Positions 41,301 through 51,356 of a stretch of DNA of 64,000 nt are shown here, piece by piece. Source of the DNA: an uncultured bacterium (GTDB taxonomy: Bacteria; Chloroflexota; UBA5177; JANWHV01). The notes under the pieces are model-generated. The model searched no databases. It was not told the DNA's origin and worked only from the letters and a program-made list of their open reading frames with translations. How positions within the stretch are numbered: position 1 is the stretch's first letter; each line of letters starts with the position of its first letter. The stretch covers positions 352,001 to 416,000 of the forward strand of contig CAWHAE010000010.1 in assembly GCA_963827235.1 (NCBI GenBank). Reading direction: 5' to 3'. Both the position numbers and the translations under genes were made by a program.

Positions 41301-42758
41301 ATGTATTCGCGAGCACTTGACCCGGGCCCGGTCGCGTCGCCTCGACGCAGGCAGGGCGGGCGTATTCTCGGCGTTCTCGGCGCCGGTGCCATGATCACAG
41401 TTGCAACCTTCGCCCCGATGACCTTTCCCGCTCCCCAGGCTCGCGCGGCCACGGGAACGAGCACTTGCGCCGGTTCCGACGCGGTGCCAAGCGGAACCAC
41501 GATTTCCATCGCCTACAGCTCCGAGCAGGAATTCAACTCCAATCCGCAGGCTGCGCAGTGGTTCAGCATGCTCAAGAAGCAATTCGAGGCGGCGCACAAG
41601 GGCGTGACTCTCAAGCTGATTCCCATTCCCGGTTCGCAGACGAACTACCAGACCAAGATCCGCCTTATGCTCCGCTCTGCATCGACGGCACCCGACATCA
41701 TCCACGAGTGGACGCCCTACGTGCAGGATCAGGTGGATGCCAACCAGCTGGCACCGCTGGACGACTGTGTGGCGACCTGGAAGGACTGGTCTCTGTTTCC
41801 GCAGGTGATCCGCTATAGCGGTGCGCCTGGTCCCCATATCTGGCAGATGAACTCAGGTGTCAACAACTACGGCCTGTACTACGACGTCAACGCCTTCGCC
41901 AAGGCAGGTCTGCCTACGACCTGGACGCCAAAGAACTGGAACGACATCCTGACCGCCGCCCGGGCGATCAAGAGCAAGGTTCCCAACGTGACGCCGTTCT
42001 GGATGTATGCCGGGAACCAGCTGGCGGACCAGACCACGCGCCAGAATTTCCTTGACCTCCTAGCCGGTACGCGTAGCCCGCTGATGGTCGACGGTAAATG
42101 GGTGGTCAAGAGCCAGGGTCTGCTCGATACTTTCAACTTCTATCACACCGTCTTCAGCGACGGGTTGGGGCCGACGCCGTCCCTGCTCGATAGCCAGACG
42201 GCGGACGCCAACCTCACCGGCACCTACATGCCCAAGCAGCAGGTGGCTATCGCTCTGGTCGGCAGCTGGGCTGGTAGCTGGTGGATCAAGGGCGGCCCAG
42301 CTCCCTGGCCGGGCGCCATCCACGCCTATAAGGCGACGGCGTTGCCCACGGAATTTGGCCAGGCGCCGGGATATGTCACGCAGCTGAACGGTTCCAACTT
42401 CGTCATGACCAGCTACTCCCAGCACAAGAAGCTCGCCTTCGACTTGCTGGCGATGGCGGAGGATCACCAGTTCAACTTGCTGCACGCCTGGTGGTGCGGC
42501 GAAGTACCGCCGCGCACCGACGTGGCCACTGATCCGGTGTGGCTGAACTCGACCCCCTACTACAACGCGCAGGCAGCCAGCTGGAGCAAGTACGGCACGT
42601 TCACGCCATCCAGCAACTACTCGACAATCGAGACCGCGGTCGCGGAGTCCACGGGCGAAATCGAAGCATCCGGGACCAGCGGCCAGCAAGCGCTGAGCGA
42701 CTTTACCCGCCGAGTGACCCAGGTGCTCGGCAACAACTACGTGGCCACGGCTCCCTGA
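41301..42758 (+). CDS. Extracellular solute-binding protein (family 1, sugars)
   Basis: Signal peptide ending ARA; APDII, LYY....AKAG...PKNW.D; follows the permeases. Confidence 0.88.
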   Translation: MYSRALDPGPVASPRRRQGGRILGVLGAGAMITVATFAPMTFPAPQARAATGTSTCAGSDAVPSGTTISIAYSSEQEFNSNPQAAQWFSMLKKQFEAAHKGVTLKLIPIPGSQTNYQTKIRLMLRSASTAPDIIHEWTPYVQDQVDANQLAPLDDCVATWKDWSLFPQVIRYSGAPGPHIWQMNSGVNNYGLYYDVNAFAKAGLPTTWTPKNWNDILTAARAIKSKVPNVTPFWMYAGNQLADQTTRQNFLDLLAGTRSPLMVDGKWVVKSQGLLDTFNFYHTVFSDGLGPTPSLLDSQTADANLTGTYMPKQQVAIALVGSWAGSWWIKGGPAPWPGAIHAYKATALPTEFGQAPGYVTQLNGSNFVMTSYSQHKKLAFDLLAMAEDHQFNLLHAWWCGEVPPRTDVATDPVWLNSTPYYNAQAASWSKYGTFTPSSNYSTIETAVAESTGEIEASGTSGQQALSDFTRRVTQVLGNNYVATAP

Positions 42759-43098
42759 CACCGGGCAGGCGACGCGGTCGGGCGGACTGGCCAGGCGCTT
42801 GACGCCGTCCGACCGCGTTGCCATCCTCATCTTCTGCCATGACCTGTCCAAGCAATGCTAGAATGCCTAGCGGGCCGGGGGAACCCCGTACTCCCTCGCA
42901 CCACGCCGGTGTGATAGGGAGTGGGTCGCCGGGAGAGGCGCGGCGGCTGACCGCAGGTGCGTCGCCGGTACCTCGGCGGGCCCAATTACGTGGGCCGGCG
43001 AAGTGTGCCGGCTCGATCCGCCAAACCTGAGGCCCGGATGACGCCGAGGTGAGCCAGCTTGCCGGCGATGGCAAGCGCAGCACGGATTGTGACAGACG

Positions 43099-44181
43099 GT
43101 GGCTAACACGCGCAGGCGGGGCGAACGAAACAGTGGCCCGATCATCGAGCGGCGTGCCAGGCTCGAGGACGTGGCTCGGCTGGCCGGCGTGTCTCCGACC
43201 ACGGTCTCACGGGCCTTGCGCAACGATGCACGGATCAGCGAGAGTACTCGTGTGTCTGTTCAGCATGCCGCGAACCGACTCGGCTACATCCCGGATGCTC
43301 GAGCGAGCAGCTTGCGCGGGCGAGCCACCAGCATGATAGGGTTGCTCTTGCCCGACGTGGCCGATCCACTGCACGGTCAGCTCGCCATGGCGGTGGAGCA
43401 GGCGGCGTCGTCGGAAGGCTACACGGTGCTGCTCGCCAACGGCTTCTCGGACCCGGTGCAGGAGCGCCAGGCCCTGCAGCTGTTCGCCGGTCAGCGCGCG
43501 GACGGTATTGTGCTTGCCGGCAGCATGCTCAGTCCTCAGGAGGCCAATGCGCTGGTCAGTCCCTGCCCTGTCGTCTACCTGGGCGGCGAGAACGTCAGCC
43601 TTGCCGGCTACAAGAGCGAGCTGCCTACCGGCTCGATCCGGGCGGACGATATCAGCGGCGTCGAAGCGGCGGTACAGCACCTCCGCAGCTGCGGATACCG
43701 GCGTTTGGGCTACGTGAATGGGCCCGACCTGGCGTCGAACGTGACGCGCCGCGATGCCGCGCTTGCCGGCCTGGCTGCATCCGGCTTGACCTGCGCCCTA
43801 TACCCGTATCCCGGCGGCGTGGAGAGTCTTGGTGCGCTCAACGCCACGGTGCGTACGCTGCTCATCGATCGGCCGGAAGCACTCATTTGTTACGACGACG
43901 TGGTTGCTCTCGGTATCATGGATGCGCTACGCAACCATGGATTGCGCGTGCCGGACGACATCGGCCTGGTGGGATTCGACGATATCCCCTTTGCCGGTAT
44001 CGCCAATCCGCGGCTGACTACCATCGCCCAGCCCTCGGAAGAGGTCGGCCGCCGCGCTTGCGCCATGCTATTTGCCGGTATCAGGAGCGGCGAGCTGCCG
44101 GCGTCCTGCATGCTCCCGGTGCAGCTCGTGGTGCGGGAGAGCACCACCACCGTGCGCGATCGCGGGACGGCATATAGCTGA
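43099..44181 (+). CDS. LacI family transcriptional regulator
   Basis: LEDVARLAGVSPTTVSRAL, LGYIP..RASSL, VPDDIGLVGFDD, LTTIAQP, LVVREST. Confidence 0.96.
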   Translation: MANTRRRGERNSGPIIERRARLEDVARLAGVSPTTVSRALRNDARISESTRVSVQHAANRLGYIPDARASSLRGRATSMIGLLLPDVADPLHGQLAMAVEQAASSEGYTVLLANGFSDPVQERQALQLFAGQRADGIVLAGSMLSPQEANALVSPCPVVYLGGENVSLAGYKSELPTGSIRADDISGVEAAVQHLRSCGYRRLGYVNGPDLASNVTRRDAALAGLAASGLTCALYPYPGGVESLGALNATVRTLLIDRPEALICYDDVVALGIMDALRNHGLRVPDDIGLVGFDDIPFAGIANPRLTTIAQPSEEVGRRACAMLFAGIRSGELPASCMLPVQLVVRESTTTVRDRGTAYS

Positions 44182-44591
44182 CGGGACGGCCGGCGTACTT
44201 CCGACCCACATCACTTGAGGTCAGTCGCCTGCGTGGAGAGCGATTCAGAGCTCAGGATTTGCACTCACTCCGGAGCGGATGCTCGATCAGTGTGCGTCCG
44301 GCCCGAGCATCGCGTCTGCCCCGGTCTGGCGGCCCTATGCCTCCAGCCGGTATCCTGACCATGACGCCGAGGTTGGCGATAGGTCGAGCGCGGGAAGCGG
44401 GCGCTCGGTCGGCCTTTGGTCGGGTTTGCCCAGGAATCCCGAGTGAGTTGGTGATGAGCTGCTTCAAGAAGAGAAACGACTGGCGTGCAATACCTGGATG
44501 AAAAGGCGATGAGCGAGTCTCACGCGCGCGGCGTGAGCCGGAGAGATCCTTTTGCTGGGCGGTCGTCATATGGGTGCCGGCAGGCCTGCCG

Positions 44592-45440
44592 GTGACATTG
44601 CAAGCTCCCACGTATCTTGTCATCGGCCATGTCTGTCAGGACCACACCCCGTTTGGCATCAAGTGGGGCGGCACGGCGCTGTTCGGTGCTATCACGGCAC
44701 TGCGCCTCGGCGCGCGTGTCCGTGTGCTGACCAGCATGCCGGATGGCACGGAACGGCAAGCCCTGCCTGAAGGCATCGAGGTGCACAACGTGGCTACCAC
44801 AGTGCCGCTGACCTTCCGGCACGACTATATCAATGGGCAACGGCAGCTTTCCATCACGGCCACCGCGCCTGCATTGCACACGGAACACCTGCCGGAGGCC
44901 TGGCGTTCCTCGGATATCGTGCACTTCGGTCCCGTGGCGCAGGAGGTTGGCCACGATCTGCTCGGCGTATTCAGCCACTCGCTGACCGGTGGCTCGGTCC
45001 AGGGCTGGATGCGGGCCTGGGATGGGGTGACGGGCCTGGTAGCGCCGCTGCCGGCGGCCCAGCTACTGGCGTGGGCGCCTCCCGTTCAGAGCAGCTTCTT
45101 GAGCGAGGAGGACATCGGCGACCGGCGCGAAGTGATCGATTTCTACCGGGAGCAGCACCAGATAGTAGCTCTCACCGACGGAGCGCATGGAGCGACTATC
45201 TTCACGGCATCGTCGACCTTGCGCGTGCCGGCGGTGAAGGTTCACGAGGTGGATGCGAACGGCGCGGGAGACGTATTTGCCGCCGCTTTCCTGCTCCAGT
45301 ATCACCAGACGGGCAGCACGTTGCAGGCGGCACAGTTCGCCGCTACCGTCGCGTCTTTTCACGTAGAGCAGGTTGGGACGGCGGGGCTGCCTTCGCGAGC
45401 GGAGGCAGAGGCGAGGTGGCGCGAATTCTACGGCACGTGA
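44592..45440 (+). CDS. PfkB family carbohydrate kinase
   Basis: IGHVCQD, GGTA, TDGAHGA, VDANGAGDVFAA. Confidence 0.9.
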   Translation: MTLQAPTYLVIGHVCQDHTPFGIKWGGTALFGAITALRLGARVRVLTSMPDGTERQALPEGIEVHNVATTVPLTFRHDYINGQRQLSITATAPALHTEHLPEAWRSSDIVHFGPVAQEVGHDLLGVFSHSLTGGSVQGWMRAWDGVTGLVAPLPAAQLLAWAPPVQSSFLSEEDIGDRREVIDFYREQHQIVALTDGAHGATIFTASSTLRVPAVKVHEVDANGAGDVFAAAFLLQYHQTGSTLQAAQFAATVASFHVEQVGTAGLPSRAEAEARWREFYGT

Positions 45441-46179
45441 CGCGCCCACTCCGCGTCGACGCACGGGGGCCGTCACGGCGGCGGCCCGGGCGGCGCTCAA
45501 GATCGTGGCGCGCCGGTCCGTCGTGACCGCGGCAGACCGCACGCCGCGGCGGGCGCGGACGGGCGAACGCGGCGGCCAGCGGAGCAGAGGGCGCTAGCTT
45601 CGCTGCACCGCCGGAGCCCGAGCCATGCATGCCGCCCTCGTAGATCGATGCGCACGCAGCATGGCGCTGGTGTGTGATTGCCCAGCCGTCGACACGGCCT
45701 TAATGGCATGGCGGGGCTTCCGGTCGCCGGGCTCCATTCTGCTTTGATCTCGCGACGCTGGCGCCATGCCTGCCCCTTGTCCGTCGTCTTGACGGCGCCC
45801 ATCGGGCAGTATATGCTGTTGTCTTGTAATGATAGGATATCTGCCTTGTAGCGCCGTCTTGCCGCGGCGGATCGCGATGGCCCAGCCAGTGGTCCGCCGG
45901 CTTGCGGCTGGAGGGCATGCCATGCGGGCGGGCTGTCTGGAGTGAATGATGACGCTACAGGTCGTCGTCAACGTCTGCAAGCAGCCTGCCAACGTTCGCG
46001 CACTGCCTTGCGCCCCCGCGGGCACTGAGCTGCCGATGCCTGTCCCGGCCGAGGGGAAATCCGCACACGCAGCCAATGAAGCCTGGTGGCTTCGCTCCTG
46101 TATGACTCAGGACGGCAGAGCGTCACGCGAGATCGTCGCCCTGAGCGAGTACCTGGCACAGCTGCGACGGTCGACTGCT

Positions 46180-46208
46180 TTGACGACGTGGGCATGATCG
46201 TCTACTAT
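46180..46208 (+). promoter_or_regulatory. Sigma70-type promoter of the CUT2 ABC operon
   Basis: TTGACG-N17-TACTAT about 60 nt before the TTG start. Confidence 0.6.
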
Positions 46209-46269
46209 CCGCGTGGCATCTCATGGCGACCTGTGGCGCACGTGGTGGGATCAGCCGGGGGAGGACGAG

Positions 46270-47808
46270 TTGGCGCTGCTCGAAGTCGAGGACGTTAGCA
46301 AACACTTCCCCGGCGTTCAGGCGCTCACGGAGGTGAGTCTGGCTGTCGAGGCCGGCGAAGTGCGCGCGCTCGTAGGCCAGAACGGCGCCGGCAAGTCGAC
46401 GCTGGTGAAGTGTATCACCGGGGTGCATGCGCCCGACAATGGCCGCATTGTCTTCGGCGGCGACACGATTCGCACCTACGCGCCGAAGCACGCTTACGAT
46501 CTCGGTATCACAGTCGTTTACCAGCGCATGCAGCTGCTCCCCTGGCTGTCCGTGGCCGAGAACATCTTGCTCGGCCAGATGCCGGCAACAGGCGGTCTGG
46601 TGATCGACCGGAAGCGTGCCAACCGCGTCGCGCGCGATCTCCTTGGTCGATTCAAGCTGGACCTTGACCCGGAGACCCCTGTAGCCAGGTTGTCGCCACC
46701 TGAGCGCCAGGAAGTAGCCATCGCCAAGGCGCTCTATCGCCGGGCCAGACTATTGATACTGGATGAGCCGACCGCTGCTCTCGACGCAGTGCGCATCGAG
46801 CGCTTGTTCGATCTGATCCGCGAAGTCAATACCGATGGGGTGGCAGTCCTGTATATCTCACACCATCTGGAGGAGGTATTCCGGCTGGCTCATCGCATCA
46901 CCGTGCTGCGTGACGGACGCGTGGTGACCACCCAGCCCACAGGTTCGCTCAACCAGACCGAAGTAGTGACCCTCATGGCCGGCCGCCGCGTGCAAGTTGC
47001 CGGCGACTCGGAGAGGCCCGCATCGGGACCGGAAGCGGAACTAGCGGCCGGAGTCCCCATACTGGCGCGTGCTCCTGTCCTGGAATTCCAGCACGTTACT
47101 GCTGGTGCGCTGCAGGATATCGACCTGTCAGTGCACGAGGGCGAGATCGTCGGTGTCACCGGCGTGATCGGCGCCGGTGGAAATGACATCGCTCGCCTTC
47201 TCTTCGGTCTGAGCAAAGCCCAAGCCGGTCGAGTGCTGTTCGGCGGTAAGCCCTACATCTCGAAGGGCCCGGGGCACGCCATACGTCGCGGTTTGTTCAT
47301 GGTGCCTGAGGACCCGAGTGGTGAGGGACTGGTCCCCTTATTGTCCGTGGCCAGCAACATCACCCTGGTAGATCTCCCTGCCGTTACGCGGTTCGGCGTT
47401 CTGTCTCTGCAGCGCGAGAAGAAGTTGGCGCTAGGCTATGTGAAACAGCTGAGCATCGCGACAAGCTCGGTCAACACCAGCGTACGAAACCTGAGCGGCG
47501 GAAACCAGCAGAAAGTCCTGTTGGCAAAGGCGCTGCAGGCTCGAGCTCGGCTGCTCGTCTTGCAGGAGCCCACGCAGGGTGTCGACGTCGCCTCCAAGAC
47601 CGACATTCACCGTATTATCCGGGAGCTTGCAGTCCAGGGGAAAGCCGTTCTCGTCGTGGCGACCGATATTCGCGACCTGTTGTTGTTCGTGCATCGGATC
47701 GTGGCCCTACGCGGTGGCAGGATCGTTGCCGACGTGCCGGCTGCCGACACCAGTTACGCGGAAGTGCTGGACCTGACCGTGGGATCGCTGGGAGTAGAAG
47801 CGTCATGA
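46270..47808 (+). CDS. Sugar ABC transporter ATP-binding protein (RbsA-like, two NBDs)
   Basis: GQNGAGKST, ILDEPT, ISHHLEE, LSGGNQQK; GGAGG RBS before TTG. Confidence 0.95.
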   Translation: MALLEVEDVSKHFPGVQALTEVSLAVEAGEVRALVGQNGAGKSTLVKCITGVHAPDNGRIVFGGDTIRTYAPKHAYDLGITVVYQRMQLLPWLSVAENILLGQMPATGGLVIDRKRANRVARDLLGRFKLDLDPETPVARLSPPERQEVAIAKALYRRARLLILDEPTAALDAVRIERLFDLIREVNTDGVAVLYISHHLEEVFRLAHRITVLRDGRVVTTQPTGSLNQTEVVTLMAGRRVQVAGDSERPASGPEAELAAGVPILARAPVLEFQHVTAGALQDIDLSVHEGEIVGVTGVIGAGGNDIARLLFGLSKAQAGRVLFGGKPYISKGPGHAIRRGLFMVPEDPSGEGLVPLLSVASNITLVDLPAVTRFGVLSLQREKKLALGYVKQLSIATSSVNTSVRNLSGGNQQKVLLAKALQARARLLVLQEPTQGVDVASKTDIHRIIRELAVQGKAVLVVATDIRDLLLFVHRIVALRGGRIVADVPAADTSYAEVLDLTVGSLGVEAS

Positions 47809-48836
47809 GTGAGGAACCAACCGGAGGGCCGGCCGAGAACGCTATCCTTGCCGCGCCACCACCGCCGGCGGCACCTGCCCCCTTGAACCGGTCTCGAACG
47901 GGGAACATCGACCTCTACGCCTTCTGGCCTGTCGCGGTCATCGTGCTGGTTATCGTGATCACGTCGTTCAGGTCGGGCAATTACCTCAGCGTGACCAACT
48001 TCAAGAACGTTCTCAGCCAGATGTCGGTGTACGGCATTGTGACCATGGGTGAGTGCATCTTGCTGATCTCAGCCGGAATCGATCTCTCGGTCGGCGCCAA
48101 CATGGCTTTCTCGTCGATCTGCACCGGTCTGCTCTACACCCAGGGGAATTATCCCATGTGGCTGTGCATCCTCGCGGGATTGGGGGCCGCGGTGGGAGTC
48201 GGCCTCATTAATGGAGTATTGGCATCTCTGAACCGCGCTCATCCGTTCATCATCACGTTGGGAATGCAGGTCTTCCTTTACGGTCTGGCCACGCAGATGA
48301 CCGGCAGCGCTCCGGTCAACGACATGGGATGGCTGTATTCAGCCTTCGGTGCGGATCTGCCGAGTTATCCGCCTTTTTTTGGACTACCAAGCGTTGCGCT
48401 GCCGTTCATTGCCACGGTGATTTGTACCTATGCCTTCCTGCGCTGGAGCCCAATTGGTCGCCGGGCGTATGCGATCGGGGGTAATGAGGAGGCGGCCTAT
48501 CTGTCGGGCATCCCCGTGAGGGCGACCAAGATCATACTGTATGCCATCATGGGTCTGCTCGCGGGCATAGCGGCGATGGTCCTGGCGGGAAACATCGACG
48601 AGGCCTCGTTCAATCTGGCGCAGAACTATGAGCTTATCGGTATCGCCATGGCGGTTGTGGGCGGCACGGCGTTGTTCGGCGGTCGCGGAGGAGCGCTGCG
48701 ATCGCTTCAAGGCGTTGTCCTCTATGCCGTGGTGGCGAACGCCATATTCTTCGCCGGTTTCACAAACAACTACCAGCAGATGGCCCTTGGCATCATCATC
48801 ATCGTTGCAGTCATGGTGACACGGGCGCAGCGATAG
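47805..48836 (+). CDS. Sugar ABC transporter permease (RbsC-like)
   Basis: GIDLSVG, FIITLG, YAIGGNEEAA.LSGI, VVGGT.L.GG.G. Confidence 0.95.
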   Translation: MSEEPTGGPAENAILAAPPPPAAPAPLNRSRTGNIDLYAFWPVAVIVLVIVITSFRSGNYLSVTNFKNVLSQMSVYGIVTMGECILLISAGIDLSVGANMAFSSICTGLLYTQGNYPMWLCILAGLGAAVGVGLINGVLASLNRAHPFIITLGMQVFLYGLATQMTGSAPVNDMGWLYSAFGADLPSYPPFFGLPSVALPFIATVICTYAFLRWSPIGRRAYAIGGNEEAAYLSGIPVRATKIILYAIMGLLAGIAAMVLAGNIDEASFNLAQNYELIGIAMAVVGGTALFGGRGGALRSLQGVVLYAVVANAIFFAGFTNNYQQMALGIIIIVAVMVTRAQR

Positions 48837-48996
48837 CTACGACGAATGGGAGTCTGGAAGGGAGGTGCGGCGAAGGGAGCTGTTGATTGCGTGCAGCAAC
48901 TGCCGTGTGTGCGAGCGCTGCGGCTCGCACGTGTACTGCACGGGTGTTCATCGCACACGGATTCGGGACTCTTTTTCGAGACATAGGAGAGAGCAC

Positions 48997-50064
48997 ATGT
49001 CGAAGACGCTTCGAATTGCCATCTCGCTGACGGCAGCGGCCGGGTTGCTCGCCTCGTCCCTCGGTGTCACGGCCTCGGTGTCTGCTCACCAGGCGAAAGC
49101 GAGCAAGGGAACGATTGCCTTCTTGCGCTCTGGACCCGATCTGTACTATCAGGACGGACTGGCGGGCGCCGAGGCGGCTGCCACGCGGTTGGGCTACAAG
49201 GTCGTCGACTTTCCCAACCCGACCGTAAGCCCTGCTCAAGAGAAGACGAATATCCAGAATGCCATCGCGGACGGCGTGGTCGGCATAGATGGTTACTCGG
49301 TAGGTCTGGCGACCGAGACGGCCTCTATCGATGCCGCGGCGAGCGCGCATATCCCCATCTTCTTGATGTACGGATACAGCCACGCCTACATCGCCAACAA
49401 AGATGTGGTCGGATTCGAGCAGGTCAATCTCGAGAAGTACAGCTTCCCGGTCGGTCAGTACGTGAAGTCACACGTCAAGGGCGGCCAGCTCGCGATTATT
49501 ACGGGCCAGCTCGGACGTGGCGATGCCGAGGGGTACCGCACCGGTTTCTTGCAGGGTCTGGGTTGTGGCAACGATACGTCCGGTGCGTACGTGAAGTGCG
49601 GCAATATTGACTACGTCGATCAGGAAAGCGGTGGTTGGCTCCGCCCGACCGCGTACGCCAAAGCGCAGGACATCATCGCGAAATACCCCAATCTCGCGGC
49701 GATGTTTGTTGAGAACGAGGACATGGCTGTTGGTGCTCACAGCGCGCTCGTTGCCGCCCATAAGGACAAGCAAGTGATGCTCGTCTCCCAGAACGGCGCG
49801 CCCTACGGCCTCGCGGGCATCGCGGCCGGCTGGCTCCAGGCGTCTGACACCTGTTCGCCGTTCCTGGAGGGCATGGTATCCATCCGCTTGATCGATGCTT
49901 TCATCGGCAAGAAGGTCACGGGTGGTCACTTGTACTACTCGTACACCGTGTTTGTCACCAAAGCAAACCTGAATCAGGCAGTAGGTTGGAATCCGGCCAG
50001 CTCGGCGATCGACCAGCTGATGAAGCTTCCGTTGCCGAAGCCCGTAACACCGGCGCCCATGTAG
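48997..50064 (+). CDS. Sugar ABC transporter substrate-binding protein (RbsB-like)
   Basis: Signal peptide; ENEDMAVGA motif; position in the operon. Confidence 0.85.
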   Translation: MSKTLRIAISLTAAAGLLASSLGVTASVSAHQAKASKGTIAFLRSGPDLYYQDGLAGAEAAATRLGYKVVDFPNPTVSPAQEKTNIQNAIADGVVGIDGYSVGLATETASIDAAASAHIPIFLMYGYSHAYIANKDVVGFEQVNLEKYSFPVGQYVKSHVKGGQLAIITGQLGRGDAEGYRTGFLQGLGCGNDTSGAYVKCGNIDYVDQESGGWLRPTAYAKAQDIIAKYPNLAAMFVENEDMAVGAHSALVAAHKDKQVMLVSQNGAPYGLAGIAAGWLQASDTCSPFLEGMVSIRLIDAFIGKKVTGGHLYYSYTVFVTKANLNQAVGWNPASSAIDQLMKLPLPKPVTPAPM

Positions 50065-50483
50065 ACGCTTGCGAGCGCAGTCGTGGGTCTCACAACGTTT
50101 GACGCCCGGCTGCCAGTCCGCGTGAGTGTCGACAAGCACGGAGCAGCCTCGGCAGAAACAGAGGAGTCTGTTCTCTGTTTCTGCCGAGGAATCAGCGGGG
50201 CAGGGCAGTAACTCCTGTCGCGCCGGACCAGCCGCCTTGGCGTCGCCTACCACCCGACAAGCGCTGTCGGCACGCGTCCCGGGTTCCCCGCGGACCGGCC
50301 TCAACGCGATCGGGGGACTCTGCAGATGACGTTGCGGCGTGCGCCTTCCGGCCATGAACGTTCTCGGAAGCCCGTGACGGCCGGACGGGCGTGAGGCCGT
50401 CACGGCGAGAGGTGCTGCACACAGCGGAAAGTGGTCCCTTGCTCCAGAGCGTCGGCAAGCACGAAGGAGGAGATGGTTCATCC

Positions 50484-51341
50484 ATGAAAATCGGAATTGA
50501 TAGCTATTGTTTCCATCGGTTCTTCGGCGAGGTCTATCCCGAACAGCCGGCGCCGACTCGGTCCATGTCTATGGACGACTTTCTGGCATTCGCGCACGAC
50601 CTGAAGGTGGACGGCGTGTCACTTGAGTCCTGCTTCTTCCCGACGCACGAGGCCTCCTGGATGCGCGCCCTGAAGGCAAAGCTGGACGACTATGGCTTTG
50701 ACCGGGTTTACGCCTGGGGTCATCCCGATGGTCTGGAGGCAGGCAAGAATCGTCATGCGCTGGACGACATGGTGGCCCAGATCCCGAACGCCGCCATGAT
50801 CGGCGCACCGGTCATGCGCGTAGTGGGCAGCAGCCTCATGTTTCGGCACGAGCCTCACCGGCCGCAGCTCGAGATCCTGGCAGGCTGGTTCCGCGAAGCG
50901 GTGCCGGTCGCCGAGCGACACGGCGTGAAGCTGGCAGTAGAGAACCATATCGACTACACCGCCGATGAGATACTCTGGCTTGTGGAGGCTGTGAACTCGC
51001 CATACTTCGGTGTGAACTTCGATACCGGCAACTTCCTGCGGCTGCTTGATGATCCGATAGTGGGCATGGAGAAGTTGGCGAAGCACACGTTGGCGACCCA
51101 TATCAAAGATCTCAAAATCCGAAAGGGCACTTCGCCGAGCGAATGGTTCTTCTTCTCAAGCACGCCGGTCGGAGATGGCCTGGTCGACAACCAGAAGCTC
51201 GCGCAGATCCTCAACCAGGCAGGCTACCACGGCTTTCTGGCAGTGGAGATCGACCATCTGCACCCGGACTACGAGTACGATGAGCACGCGGCGGTGCGCA
51301 AGAGCGTGCAGGAGCTGCGTCGCATCGCGAGCAGCGTGTAG
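50484..51341 (+). CDS. Sugar phosphate isomerase/epimerase (xylose isomerase-like TIM barrel)
   Basis: AVENH, NFDTGN, THIKD, LAVE metal ligands. Confidence 0.9.
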   Translation: MKIGIDSYCFHRFFGEVYPEQPAPTRSMSMDDFLAFAHDLKVDGVSLESCFFPTHEASWMRALKAKLDDYGFDRVYAWGHPDGLEAGKNRHALDDMVAQIPNAAMIGAPVMRVVGSSLMFRHEPHRPQLEILAGWFREAVPVAERHGVKLAVENHIDYTADEILWLVEAVNSPYFGVNFDTGNFLRLLDDPIVGMEKLAKHTLATHIKDLKIRKGTSPSEWFFFSSTPVGDGLVDNQKLAQILNQAGYHGFLAVEIDHLHPDYEYDEHAAVRKSVQELRRIASSV

Positions 51342-51356
51342 GAGTGAGGATGGGTA

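Noticed and set aside
39444-42758. CUT1 ABC importer lacking an ATPase gene
   Set aside because: Common; such systems share an MsiK/MsmX-type ATPase encoded elsewhere
47500-47700. Degenerate Walker B (LQEPT) and H-loop in the second NBD of the ABC ATPase, as a sign of pseudogenisation
   Set aside because: RbsA-type CUT2 ATPases normally have one degenerate site; NBD1 Walker A/B and the NBD2 LSGGNQQK signature are intact
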